A DNA stretch of 64,000 bases from Mobula hypostoma (taxonomy: Eukaryota). Positions 36,680-50,399 of the stretch are shown here, piece after piece. The translations under genes were made by a program, and so were the position numbers. The stretch spans positions 67,706,001-67,770,000 of the forward strand of contig NC_086097.1 of NCBI RefSeq assembly GCF_963921235.1, in the 5' to 3' direction. How positions within the stretch are numbered: position 1 is the stretch's first letter; every line of letters starts with the position of its first letter. The notes under the pieces are model-generated. The model was given only the letters and a program-made list of their open reading frames with translations. It made no database searches and was not told the origin of the DNA.

Positions 36680-37530
36680 TGATACACCCTAGTGGTTCAG
36701 AAGATATTAAACTACCACTTATGAAGGGAGGAAAAGATAAAGCAAGTAATTACAGGACAGTGCAAGTTAGTTTAATGTTATGATGAGCAAATTATTGCAA
36801 TCAATTCTTTGGGACAGTTAGAAAAGCATACATTAATCAGGAACTGTCAGCATGAATTTATTAAGGAATGCTCTTGTCTCATGAATTTAACAGTGATCTT
36901 TGAGGACATAATGAGGAGGGTCGATAAGGGTGATGCATTTGATATTCCCTACATGCATTTTAGCAAAACGTTTGATGAAGTTCCCTATGGTGGGTAGATC
37001 AAAGAAATAAAAGTCCATGTGGTCAAGAATAAGAGTGGCAAATTAGATCTAAAATTTGCTCAGAGACAGGAAGCAAAGTGTAAAAGTTGACGGATTTTTT
37101 TGGCATTTGGAAGGTTTTTTTGCGGGATAGCCCCACAGGGCTCTGGTACTCAGACCTTTGTTTGTAGAATATGTTGATGATTGTGACATGGTAAAGAAGG
37201 TTGCAGATGATAGTAGTGAATGCAAGTGTATGTCATTTATGCCTGGTGCATGCACACATACACACGTAATTAGAGTTGAGTAAACAAGTTGCATATATTC
37301 TTGCAGTCCTCTGTATTTCTTTATGACTATATTTGCCCGCATTAACCACAATTAGAATAAATATATATGCATGCACACATCGATTCCAATGATACAAAAC
37401 TTGCTGTGTGGTTGATAGTGTGGAAAGGAGCTATAGGCTACAGGTAGATTGGTTAGTCATGCATTACAGTGGCAAATAGAACTCAATCAGAGAAGTGGAC
37501 CTGACCTGCAACAGGCAAGTGAAAAGAACA
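36680..37530 (+). mobile_element. Decayed CR1 RT fragment
   Basis: QHEFIKECSCLMNL...YMHFSKTFDEVPY. Confidence 0.75.
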
Positions 37531-37689
37531 ACTAGGAAGCATTAAGCACAAGTAGCGTGATACGTTAGGAATTTTTGATCATAACTTGGCCTTAAAAATA
37601 CTTCAAAAATAAAATCCGCCTAGTACTTGCAATCTCTCACCAGTAGTTTTCACAAAACAAGTAGAAAATACATACTATCTCTTCATCAT

Positions 37690-38040
37690 CCAATTAGGAT
37701 ATGGTTGCCCTGACTGAAACCTCAACTTTACATTCCTGTCTAACTTGCAATAACCTATCACCCTACTGTTCAGCAAGAATCTATCTACCCTCACTTTTAA
37801 AATATTCAAGGGCTCCGCTTCCACAGCTCTTTCAGGAAAAGAGTTCCTGAAAGGACTCAAAGAGAAAAAATTCCATAGTTCTGCCACAAATGGAAACAAA
37901 TTCACATCCACTAAGTCCTCCTAGGATCTTCAATCAAGTCTGCTCTTACGTTTCTAAATGCTGGAATAGATAGATGCCTGCCCAGTCTAACCTTTCTTCA
38001 TAAACACGCTCATTCCAGGCATTAGCTTGGTAAATAGCTC
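37690..38040 (-). mobile_element. Decayed CR1 3' fragment
   Basis: NSFPERAVEAEPLNILKVRVDRFL. Confidence 0.7.
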
Positions 38041-38134
38041 CAATATCATGTTTCCTTCATAGTCACCCTAAAATAACCTTCTCTTCTTCTCTGCAACATT
38101 TCATATCATTCTCACTTCCAGGTCCTTCAATAAG

Positions 38135-38690
38135 TTTACCTCCTTCCTGATGGCAGTAATGAGAACAAGGCGTGACCTGGGTGATGGGGTCCTTAATGAT
38201 GGATGCCGCCTTTTGAGGTTTCGCTCCTTGAAGATGTTCTGGATAATGGAGAGGCTAGTGCCCAGGTTGGAGCTGACCGAGTTTACAACGCTGCAGCTTA
38301 TTTTGACCATGTGCCGCAGACCCCTCCCCACCAGATGGTGATGCAGCCAGTTAAAATGCTCTTCATGGTATATCTGTAGAAATCTGCCGTGTCTTTGGTG
38401 ACATACCAAATCTTCTCAAACTCCTAAATATAATATTGCTGTTGTCGTGCCTTCTTTGTAGCTGCGTTGAAATGTTGGGTCCAGGATAGATTCTCAGAGA
38501 TATCGACACCCAAGAATTTGAGATTGCTCACTCTTTCCACTTCTGATCCCTCTATGAGGACTGGTCTGTGTTTCCTCATCTTACCTTTTCTGAAGTCCAC
38601 AATCTGTTCTTTGGTCCTACTGACGTTGAGTGTAAGGTTGTTGCTGTGACACCTCTCAACCAGCTGGTGAATCTCACTCCTGCACACCTT
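38135..38690 (-). mobile_element. Rex1/Babar-like LINE fragment
   Basis: NNLTLNVSRTKEQIVDFRK...KFLGVDISENLSW. Confidence 0.88.
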
Positions 38691-41196
38691 GTAATGTAAT
38701 GTAATGGATGCACTTCCACCCCCAAATCATATAAGGAGGCTTTGTACTTTGTTTCTTCTTCATACTTAAGATCTAAACTTCACCGTTGCTCTAAGATCTA
38801 TCACCAAACTATGATTCCAGCTAACTGAATTCTGGAACAAACAGGTCCATCCAGGTATCTGAAGTATATTTTCAGCTTCCTGCTGATTTGTTCCATGCCT
38901 CATACGGTTGAAATATTATTTTTAATGAATCATGAATGATCTTATGGGTGGGGTTCTTTGCATTCATTTTTAGCCTGGTTTAAATAGTTTATCATATCTT
39001 GTGGTTGACTCTTACCTTTTATTTCTGAGCTGTCAACTTCAAGGTGTGGAAAGACAAGGAAGGATAGGTTGGCACAAGACAGAAGCATCTGCTGACCGAG
39101 AAGCTTGAACTTGGCTGCACAGATATTGTTTTGTGGTTTTGCAGGCTCTCACAGTTTACAAATATAGTGGCACATTAATCACCACATGTGTAACCAATGA
39201 GCCCCTGCAATTTTGAAGCCAAGCAGAGTCACAAAACACAAGCTAGTCATTCTGACTAGTTCATTGCAGGCAAAATGTGCACGATTGCCTGACTTGATAA
39301 ACATGTCATCTATGGCTGTAGATCCGACAAATGCCCGCGGAGATGAAGCATCCTTGCTTTGTAATTGAAAAGAACAACAATAGGGTGAAGCACGGCACTC
39401 AGGTCAACTTGGCAGTGGATCTTATTGTAGTAGGGTACACATACCACTTGCAATAAGAAAGCAAGATGCTAATACTGTGACACGTTGAACAAACTTATCT
39501 GTGTGCTTCTGCTGTTCCTCAGTCACTTGATCCTTGCTGCTTTAATTGCTGGTGGAGTGACTGGTCAGTGTGGTCCTTTCCTGAGTTTCAAATTCGCTCA
39601 ATACAATTAACATCATTTCTCATCTGACTAATCTCTAAACCTCTCCGAGCCAGTACTGTGAAGAAGCCTTTCAGAGAAGCAAAAAGAAAGCAGTGTGTCA
39701 ACACTTACCGCCACATTAGCTCTTGGGCCTCCTCAATTGCTTTGTTATGTTCTCACCTCGCTTTGCTGGTGTGTTTCAAAAAAGCCCGGGAAGCCCATAG
39801 ACCCACAGATAAATTGCAGAAGCAATGTTAATGTCACAATAATTGAGCGATTAACATATTGAAATTGACAACCAGTTTCTCCTGAGGGGAATGTTCATAT
39901 GCAGCCTAATGAGCTGCAGTTAAATGTAGAAGCTGGCAGTTTGGAGTGAGCTTCTGGATGCACTATTACTTTATTTGGTTTGAACCCTCAGCCTCTCCTG
40001 CGTATTAAAATTCAGCTCCATATCTGTGATCCGATCTTTTGTGTACCTGCACGAAAAAGTAGCTTTCATCTTCTGTGCTGTTACTACAGGCAGCCCACAG
40101 GCCTTGTTCAGAATGTTCAATCTGAGCAGCTAAGCACAAATCTTAAATCCCAGGTCTTTACAGCACTCTTGAGAATTAACATCTAACTCAGAAAGCAATC
40201 AGGGAGAGATTAAAGCAATTTTTGCAAATTTACTTTCCACAAATTAATAAAACTGACAAAATAATCTGGAATGCTTACTGTTATTTAAGTACGCAATATA
40301 CAGTATTTGTTTCTTATCCGTATTACAAGTCTTGGTTTCACTGAGCTTCATAGGGTAAAAAATGTGACTTGGTGATGTAGCCGTTTAATTTGTTAGACAG
40401 CAATGGTACATTCATGTTTCAAGAATTTATAAAGAAAATTACCCAATCTACTTTCAGCACAGCTGGAATTTCAAGAACACTACACAGACAAAAAGAAATT
40501 GACAAAAAATAGCTGCAGAAAGTGATACTATAACAGAGTAACCTAAAGCTCCATAAGAGAAATGTGCTTCAAAACAGAGGGAACAGGATGCGGAAGGTGA
40601 ATGACAATGGGGGGGGGGTGGGGGAGGGGAAGGACAATGACAGAACCATTGTTAATTATTAGACATAAGATGGAGCTGCAATAAAAGTAAGGATAAGAAA
40701 AAAATTAGCAGCTAATCCTTTAAGCAGAACATCTGCTAAATGAAAATGAATTAAGGTTATTTTTGAAACAGGTTTAAGTCTAATCATAACAGAAAAAAAT
40801 AAACATCTGTACCTATTCTAAATGATTGGAAAAGTGCAACATTTTTAACATTTCCTATTTATAACCAAAGATTTTGCACTTGTTTGTCCAAATTATGAGG
40901 AAATATTTGATAAAGAAAATCAAAAAAATTGCTTTTTTTAATTGCTTGGGTAGGCGAACGTTCATGGCCATTTGAAGGGACTAGCAGGGCAATTTTTTCA
41001 TATAATTAACACCTCATATAACACCTCTGTTTTCACCTTGTGTGAACATATTGAGTGATATATGATTAGGTAGTTTTGTCAGAACTAGGATTTGCTTACC
41101 TTTTGTAAAAAGATGTCAAAATAATAGATCATAATGTACTTTCTCTATAGAGCTTTATTCTTTCTATATTTACCAGCAACATTGTTTCATTTAAAC

Positions 41197-43437
41197 AATT
41201 TGGCTTTTTTGACACTGATCAACAGAAAAAACTCTTGTGTCAAGTAAAAACAGATCTCTACAAAGCGATCTAAATTAATTACAAATATAAAACACAAAAT
41301 AATTGATTGCATAAGTATTCACCCACCTCAAGTCAGTATTTAGTAGATGCATCTTTGGCAGGAATTACAGCCTTGAGTCTGTGTGGGTAGGTCTCTATCA
41401 GCTTTGCACATCTGGACACTGCTATTTTTCCACATTCTTCTTTACAAAACTGCTCAAGTTCTGTCAGATTGCATGAAGATCATGAGTGAACAGCCCTTTT
41501 CAAGTCCAGCCACAAATTCTCAATTGGATTGAGGTCTGGACTCTCACTTGGCCACTCCAGGGCTTTAACTTTGTTGTTTCCATCCTGTGTAGCTTTGGCT
41601 TTATGATTGGGGTCATTTTCTTGCTGGAAAACAAATCTTCTCCCAAGTCACAGTTCTCTTGCAAACTGTATCAGGTTTTCCTCCAGGATTTCCCTATATT
41701 TTGCTGCATTCATTTTACCCTCTACCTTCATCAGCCTTCCCCACAGAATGATGCAGCCACCACCATGCTTCATGGTATGGATGGTGTGTTTTTGATGATG
41801 TGTGTTGTTGGGCTTACGCGAAACATAGCGTTTAGTCTGATGGCCAAAAAACTCAACGACAACTCCTTTGCTTGCATCTTTGAAAACAGTTCTATTTCCA
41901 TCTTTAATATCTCTATTTTTGCCTTTTAGGGTTCTTTTGAAGACCCTGACCTGGAGTTACACACTGACTACGGTTCTTTGTGGGAATGGGATCCGCTATC
42001 GGGGTTCCACAATCGACCGCTATTTCAGTTTCAGCCTAAGATTTCGGCACGGATTCAAAAGCCTGGGATCTTGAGGGACTGGAGACGGGTGAATCAAGGG
42101 TCAGTGTCGCTACAGGAGACCTGTGTGTCATTGGGGGAGTAAGAATATCTGCTGTGTGCCTGGGAACCCGGGATCCTTGTGATCTTCAGGTACAGAGCTC
42201 GAAAAAAGCAACGTAACGGGCTTTTAACATCGTAAACCAGCGAGTTGTTTGTTATCTCTCCCCACTCGTTGGAAAATGGATTCACCTCTTTCTCCCTTAT
42301 TAGGGGAGAGAGAGCCTGCATCTTGTCGAATTATCGGGTGAACAATGTAGTCTTTGGGGTAACTGCAAGTCTGTGTCTTTGCTATTGCTTTGCTCACGCT
42401 TGAGTGCTGGTAGTGGGTGCACTTTATTTTTGCCAGTGGGGGGGGGGAGGGGGATTGTTGCTCACTGCTGCTTACGCGGGGGAGGGAAGCGAGCTGGGGG
42501 GAGGACTTTGGGGTTCTAATATTTAACTGTCATTCCTGAGGAACTCCTCTGTTTTTGTGGATGGTTGCGAAGAAAAAGTATTTCAGGATGTAAATTGTAT
42601 ACATTTCTCTGACATTAAATTGTATCTTTGAACCATACAACTTTCTTCCAGCCAACTTCAGAGTCTCCCACATGCCTTCTGGCAAACTCTAGCCGAGATT
42701 TTGTGTAAGCTCTTTTTGTCAACAGTGGCTTTCTCTTTGCCACACTCCCATAAAGCTGCAACTGGTGAAGCACCCGGGCAACAGTTGTATGCACAGTCTC
42801 TCCCATCTCAGCTACTGAAGCTTGTAACTCCTCCAGAGTTGTCATGGGTCTCTTGGTGGCCCCCCTCACTAGCCCCCTTCTTGCAGTCACTCAGTTTTTG
42901 AGGATGGCCTGCTCTAGGCAGATTTACAGCTGTGCCATATTCTTTCCATTTCTTGATGATTGACTTAACCGTACTCCAAGGGATAGTCAGTGACTTGGAA
43001 ATATCTATCTCTTGACCTGTGCTTTTCAACAACCTTTTCATGGAGTTGCTTGGTGTGTTCCTTTGTCTTCATAATGTAGTTTCTGCCAGGATACTGACTC
43101 ACCAGTAATTAGACCTTCCAGATACAGGTGTAGTTTTAGTACAATCAATTAAAAGACTTTGATTGTATTTAACTGATTATATGACTTCCAAAACCAATTG
43201 GCTGCACCAGTGTCATATTAAAGGGGGTGAATACTTATGCAATCAATTATTTTGTTTTTTTATATTTGTAATTAATTTAGATCACATATAGAGATCTGTT
43301 TTCACTTTGACACAAAATAGTCTTTTTCTGTTGATCAGTGTTAAAAAAGTCACATTAAATCCACTGTGATTTAATGTTGTAAAACAATAAAACATGAAAA
43401 CTTCCAAGGGGGAGTGAATACTTTTTTAAAGGCACTG
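41197..43437 (-). mobile_element. Tc1-like (IR/DR, Sleeping Beauty-type) DNA transposon, decayed; left TIR truncated
   Basis: The right end ...GTGAATACTTTTTTAAAGGCACTG is followed by TA. The ~200-bp TIR with AAGTATTCAC direct repeats is mirrored at 41197-41325. The transposase runs from ATG 43072 (ISKSLTIPWSTVKSIIKKWK...KHGGGCIILWG) to AKDASTKY* at 41333. Confidence 0.93.
41858..42631 (+). mobile_element. Unclassified non-coding (SINE-like) insertion in the Tc1 transposase
   Basis: Interrupts the Tc1 ORF and is CpG-containing. Its 3' end ATTTCAGGATGTAAATTGTATACATTTCTCTGACATTAAAT recurs at 26818-26860. Confidence 0.75.
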
Positions 43438-43649
43438 TAATTCGGGTGACTTCTTGCCACGCATTTTGAAGCTCAGGTTCATAAGCATAGCCACAAATGG
43501 GATTTGCTAGTGATGTTAGAAACAATTGATCACAGATTCAACTTTACCTGCTTACAATTTCCCAATAAGAGAAAGCCCATATTGATAAAGATGCTGTAAT
43601 ATTAGACCATGCCTGATTCTGTGCCATCATTTAGAGCAATGGATGATGA

Positions 43650-44928
43650 TTCACTCCAATTTGCCTACCAGAGCAATAGGTCCACAGCCGGTCCCATCTC
43701 ACTGGCTCTTCACTCAACCCTGGAACATCTGGACAGCAAAGATGCATACATCAGGATGCTCTTTATCGACATTCAATACCATCTTCCCCTCAAAAGTAAT
43801 CAATAAGCTCCAAGACTTTGGCCTCAATACCTCCTGTGCAATCAGATTCTATATTACTTCACTTGCAGACTTCCGTAAAATGGGATTGGCAACATCTCCT
43901 CCATGATCTCCATCACATAAGCCTGTGGGCTTAGCCCCCTGCTCTACTCTCTTTACACTTATGACTGTGTGGCTGAGCACAGCTCCAATGCCATATTCAA
44001 ATTTGCTGATGACACCATTGTTGTAGGCAGAAACAAAGATGCTGATGAATCAACATATAGGAGGGAGACTGAAAATCTGGCTGAGTTGTGCCATAACAAC
44101 AACCTCTTACTCAATGTCAGCAAGACCGAGGAGCTAATTATTGACTTCAGAAGGAAACCAGAGATCCATAAACCAGTCTTCACCAGAGGATCGGTGTTAT
44201 TACTTTGGAGGACCTATCCTGGGTCCAGCAAGTAATTGCAATTACTAAGAAAGCACGGTAGTTCCTCTGGTTTGAGAGTTTGTGAAGATTCGGCATGACA
44301 CCTAAAGCTTTAACAAATCTTTTAAAGATGTGTGGTGGAGAGTATATTGACTGGCTGCATCACAGCCTGATATGGAAACACCAATTCCTTTGAATGCAAA
44401 TTGCTACAAAAAGTAGCGGATACAGCCCAGTCCATCATGGGTAAAGTTCTCCCCACAACTGGGCACATCTACATGAAACGCTGTTGTAGGAAAGCAGCAT
44501 CCATCATCAGGGACTGCATTACCCAGGACATGCTCTCTTCTCTCTGATGCCATCATGAAGAATGTACAGGAGTCTCAGGAGTCACACTACCAAGTTCTGA
44601 AAGAGTTACTACTCCTCAAACATCAGGCTCTTGGACCAAAGGGGATAACTTCACTCACCTTCACCTGCCCATCACTGAAGTGTTTCCACAGCTAATGGAC
44701 TCTTCCTCTCATGTTTTTGATATTTATTGTTTATTTATTCATTATGATTTCTTTCTTTTACACAGTTTGTTGCCTTCTGTATTCTGTTTTAATGCCCCAG
44801 TTGGATGGTCTTTCAATGATTCGGTTATGGTTATTCTATAGATTCATTGAGCCTGCGAGAAAGTGAATCTCAGGGTTGTATATGGTGATATATATGTTCT
44901 TTGATAATAAATTTACCTTGAAATTTGA
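43650..44928 (+). mobile_element. Rex1/Babar-like LINE, 5'-truncated
   Basis: [11 protein letters not shown]...[29 protein letters not shown]; tail AATAAATTTACCTTGAAATTTG. Confidence 0.9.
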
Positions 44929-47882
44929 TGACTAGTAAGGTGAATGAGAACCATTCCTGCATGCAAGAATAAGATTACCATAATAAATGCACTTCTGCTT
45001 GATGTTAAAATGGACAGTAAGTGATTGTTTGCTCCACCACACTAAGAGCATTGTTTGTTATATAATATAAATGGTATAAGAAAACATACAGCGGTAACCT
45101 ACAATGTGAAATGTTAGCACTGTTTCTGTTTCCACAAACGCTGCCAGATCAACTGAGTACTTTGGCATTTCTTGTTTTCTTATTATGTATTTTCTTCTAT
45201 ATTTAAGCATATATAGAAATCAATTCTGATTATTTTCTCCCATTTTCTCTTATTAAAACTCACTTTAACTTCTACTGAAGGACAGAAATAAATTGCACTG
45301 CAGTCTATGATCAGGTTGTTATGACCTGTGATTCTGTTTAAACTATGGAAGTTAATAAAAATAGATTGACAGAGTTACAAATATTGATTTGTAGGAACGT
45401 TACTATTTCAGAAAATTACTTTTTCAGAATTCAAATACTAGAATTATGTTGCAACATACTTCAATTTTTAGAATAACTCATGCTATGTTTGACATGCCTA
45501 ACCTGAGGTATGGCTGGTTTTCATATCTGAATTTGTTTAATCTTTAATAAAGGATGTATCTCCAGCCTTCACGAAAAGACATTTCATTTATGTTAAAGGT
45601 TTCAAAAATAGATACATTGTCACACATAATTTTAAAGGTTTCTTTTTTCCTTATGCCCTTTCTTTTTCAAATCAAACTGCATTAGTATAATCAAACCACA
45701 CGAGGGGTTTGGGTTGCAGGTGGCTGCTTTACTCTAAAATGTTCAAGCTTGACTGATCCATTTCATCAGCACTGTCAAAGACTTGCACTGATACATGTTG
45801 ACAACATTTAATCTTAAAAATTGAAAGAAATGAATTAATATGCAAATTTCATCAGCTTTGTAATAAAAATGTCCTTGAAAAAAAACAGAGAACATGACCC
45901 CTGTGGAATTCTATGAATTATCCCAGCCCAGCTCTCTTACTTAGTCTGAGACAAGATGGTCCACAAGGAAATCATTTTGGTTCATACTTAGAAATAATTA
46001 CGTTGAAGAACAAAACAGAAGTGAGTTGAATACACAGAAGTGGGTTGAATACATTTACTGAGTAGGGAAAATAAATATCCAGATACTATGATACTCACTC
46101 TGACTCAATGGAATTAACTTTATTTCTAAAACCAAGAAATACTAATTTAATTTTCTCAACAAAATCAGATCTTAGGTCTACAATTATGAAGAAATGGGAG
46201 AGGATGTCCACAGTGGTATGAAACATACCACTATCCACAAGTAGGTCTCTACTTAATTTGTGGGGTAAGGGAGGGGCCTCTTACTTTGCTTGCCAATCCC
46301 AGAAGGTCACACTACAGTGGGAACCCAGCTCAGACTGAAGAGCGGTAAGGAAACCAATTTAAAGTATTTTCAAAAATAACTTCATCTTTTTTCTGGACTG
46401 GTGTATGACCTTCAAATATTCACTTTCTGCATAGTACAACCTACGTTTCATCACCTTTGCAAGTGACTTTGGTTGTAGCATTACTGTTCTTTGGCAGATG
46501 GCATCCTGAGGTCATAAGGTAGGTTTTAGCAAGCAGATTTTGTCATCAAAAGCCAACTTCTAAATATGCCTGGTCGAGTGAAAAGAATGAGAAGGGTGGA
46601 ACACCACAAGATGAAGGTACCCAAGTGGTTACCTAGTTTTATGAAAAAAACCTAGAGAAATGTAATTAAATGATTGCATTCTGATGGAATGAAACAGATA
46701 CCAACTGATAAATTCTCCAGTCTGTTCTAAGAGGTGCTTGTCACCTTCTGTATCCATTGAAATACATGCACAGCAGAGTGACAAGTGCATTCTCATTCTG
46801 TATGTGCTAAAGTTGATATTCATATATGGCTTACAAAGGGAGTGACCATTATCTGCCTTAAACATTTGTATGCACTAAATGAGAAATTCTGCTAACATGT
46901 CTGGCAGAACTTGAGAATGATCCTGAAACACATAATCACTTTGACAACCAAGGACAAAATATATCCACTAAGTTCAAGGAGCCTGCAGAATACTGGCACT
47001 GCCTGAGACTGCCAAGTCAGGTTAATATATCAAGGAAACTGAGCTTCTGCCTGCATACCCTATGTGGAGGGAACATACTCCTGCCTGCTGAACTCCTGTG
47101 AGAAGTCTCTGTCACATATACAGTGAAAGGCCAGTCAGCGGAAACCTATTGTAGTTCCTTTGCCAGTTTCTTCTTTGAGTTCCACAGTAATGTTGCATGA
47201 GCAATTCCTATATTCAAATTCTGATAGAAATCTATTTCATGTATCAGGCACATACATAGAACTAAATGTACACAATAACTAGGTTAGCACTATTCTTCCC
47301 ATAACTTTCTACAAAGTTTTTTCGAAGAAAATAACCAATAGAACTCCTGTGAAAAAAAGTTTGATTTAAAATGTGGTAATTTAGCCAGTGGAGAAATTGA
47401 ATTTTTTAAAGTGAGAAGACTGTCAGCAACTCAGTTCCCTCCTAATGACACTTTGTCCTCACTGGGGTGTCACTGGCAAATTTCAGCGAGCTTGGGTAAT
47501 GCACCTGCCAGCTGTTAAATATAAAATTTGCAGTTAAAGTCTCTCTTAATTAGCAATAAACAGATTTAAATTAGCAACCCGTTTCTCCTGTGGGAGATTT
47601 TCAAATCATTGTTAAGCATGCTCCTGTTAGATTAGGAATCTGGCAGGTTCATGCAGGTTCCCAACCCGTGATTTTTTTAACACCCCACCCATTCTCAAAG
47701 ATTAAATCCAAACCTCCCATTGTTCTGTGATGAAAGGTGGCATGCCAAAACTGATAAATTGGTGAGTACAGCAATTTGAGGGCTTGTTTCCAATGTCACA
47801 CTTGCTCTTTTCACTGTTCTAATAAAGTTTGAAGCACAGATCAAAACAAGGACTTCTTTGTAAAGTATCTTAGAGCTTTATA

Positions 47883-48373
47883 AGAATCAGAATCAGGTTT
47901 AATATCACAGGCATGTGTCGTAAAATTTGTTAACTTAGCAGTAGCAGTACAATGCAATACATGATAATATTGAAAAAATAAATAAATCAATTACTGTAAG
48001 TATATACTGTATGTATATTAAATAATTTAAACATAGTGCAAAAACAGAAATAATATTAAAAAAGTGAGGTAGTGTTCATGAGTTCAATGTTTATTTTGGA
48101 ATCGGATGGCGGAGGGGATGAAGTTGTTCCTGAATCATTGAAAGTGGGCTGTACCTCCTTCCTGACGGTACCAATGAGAAGAGGGCGTGCCCTGGTTGAT
48201 GGGAGTCCTTAATAATGGACACCGCCTTTCAGAGGCACCGCTCCTCGAAGATGTCTTGGATACTATGGAGGCAAGTACCCAAAAGATGGAGCTGACTAAT
48301 TTTACAACTTTCTGTAGCTTCCTTTGATCCTGTGCAATAGCCCCAATCCCACCACCCTCCTGCATACCAGACA
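47883..48373 (-). mobile_element. Rex1/Babar-like 3' fragment with (GATTCT)n tail
   Basis: AGAATCAGAATCAGG at the left end; AQDQRKLQKVV peptide. Confidence 0.85.
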
Positions 48374-48850
48374 ATGAAGTTTTCGATTTACTGCATCACA
48401 AATAATTCAGTGTGTAGATTTAAATAACTAATAAATGTATTTCCATTTTGCTACTGTTTGAAAATCACAGATAGACATTCACATTTATTACATGCATCAA
48501 TTCTTTGTATCCCTTTTATTCCAATTGGAAACCCACTTTTGCTTTAACAATGATACATTTGCTATTCCCATTTTCAACCAGTAAATATGTAAAACTTTAG
48601 GCATACACAGTATAAATCACTCAAAGAATGGGAAATATTTATATATTTCAATACCTCTGAAACTTGAGAGAAAGTTATATTCAATGTGCTGTGTTAAATC
48701 CGGAATAATTGACTCTCTGAAGAAACGTTTTTGAGAAGTTAGTGACTCAGTACACACTTTTACTGCAAAGAATGCCCTATTAGTAAGTTAAATACAATAA
48801 ATATACCCTTGATTTCAACATGATTTAAAGAAAACTTCTCAAAATACATC

Positions 48851-49076
48851 TACAAACAAGAGAAAATCTGCAGATGCTGGAAATCTAAGCAACGTACACA
48901 AAATGCTGGAGGAACTCAGCAGGCCAGGCAGTATCTATGGAAAAGAGCACAGCTGATGTTTTGGGCCAAGAAACATTTTGGTCCTGCTAAAGGGTCTTGG
49001 TCCGAAATATCGACTGTACTCTTTTCCATAGATGCTGCCTGGCCTGCTAAGTTATTCCAGCATTTTGTGTGTGTTG
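48851..49076. mobile_element. Inverted dimer of the Penelope-terminus/hammerhead element
   Basis: Two opposite copies form a ~85-bp-arm hairpin, flanked by TSD CAAAATACATC (48840-48850, 49077-49087). Confidence 0.88.
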
Positions 49077-50399
49077 CAAAATACATCAAAGTGATTTTTA
49101 TTTTAAAAGAATTATGTATTTCATCGTTCAGCTGCTGCAAAGTTAACAAATTTCACAACATATGCCAGTGAGATTAAACCTGATTCTGATTCTGAAAATG
49201 ATGTAAAAAGGTTAACTGAGATTCCATTTTAAATATTATCTCTAATAGCTATCAAAGTTCCCAACCAAATAGGTTGACAATTGAGAAGTTAAGCGCATTT
49301 CTAACACGATAAAATCTGGCGATCTATGAAATAATAGTGCTTGTAACTTTTGTAAATAAACTGTTTTCAGTTATAGGTTCGTAACACTTAGCCCAAAGAA
49401 CAACTATGTAGTGATGTGGAAATGAAACCATTACTAGGGTCAAAGGAAGGGGGATACACTGTTTATAAACTAATGGAATGTGGTAATGTATAATATACAC
49501 TTCTGGAGTGTTGTAAGTTTAAAGTAATTAAATTTATCTTCTATTTTCCTCCCCTTAATTCTCTTATGTTGTGGACCCTCCTCTATCAGAAAATAGACTT
49601 GATACCCAGGTGTCTGACTTTGTGAAATGCACACAGGTCGTTTTGGTCCCTGTTGGCCAATTCCTATGGGTTCCCAGTTGAGAATGGAAAAGCATTGTGG
49701 CTGGAATCAAGAACACAGGGCTACTTACCAGCACTAGCTAATGTGACACTTGCAATATTCACCATTGCATTCTCATCTATTTTTGTGGAATCACTTCCAT
49801 TCTCTATCAACCATGAAGTGTATCCTGGACTCCAGTTAACATGAAGTTTAAGTTTCTGTGACTATGCTTCCATTATTTATTTGTTAATGTTAGATACTGA
49901 AATCCATTTGAATACATACATAATGTTGCCATTCTCATTGATACTGGAGTACCCAAGTACAAATTCAAGCCTTGGCTTGGATTTTCAGCATGAAGGTAAT
50001 TTCGATCTAGTGCTCCTTGGAGAAAATTTAAACAATCAGTCAATAGTCCATCTTATGCCACATTCTGGACAGCAGTGGAAAGCAAGTTTACAATGGACAC
50101 TAAATTTTGCAGATGTATCAAGATGGTGGAGAAATCCAATCTTTTGAAAATAGAGATTAGGATATATTGGGAAAATGGACCAAACAATAATTAATCGTTT
50201 TTGATCAAAAACATGCAGTTTAATGCAGGAAGCTAGAATCAACACACAAAACACACAGAGAACAATTCTGATAAAGGGTCAGAGTATTATTGTGCACATT
50301 TTACTTTGGGAGTGAAGGCGCAAAGTTACTTCAACTGAACCATTCATAAGGTATACATACAGAGAATTAATGATGTGAGAGGCCTGTCATGAGTATAAA

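Noticed and set aside
46016..46053. Short tandem duplications (ACAGAAGTG(A/G)GTTGAATAC x2; also ATAACTCAGCT x2 at 58879-58900)
   Set aside because: Two-copy slippage duplications, which are ordinary.
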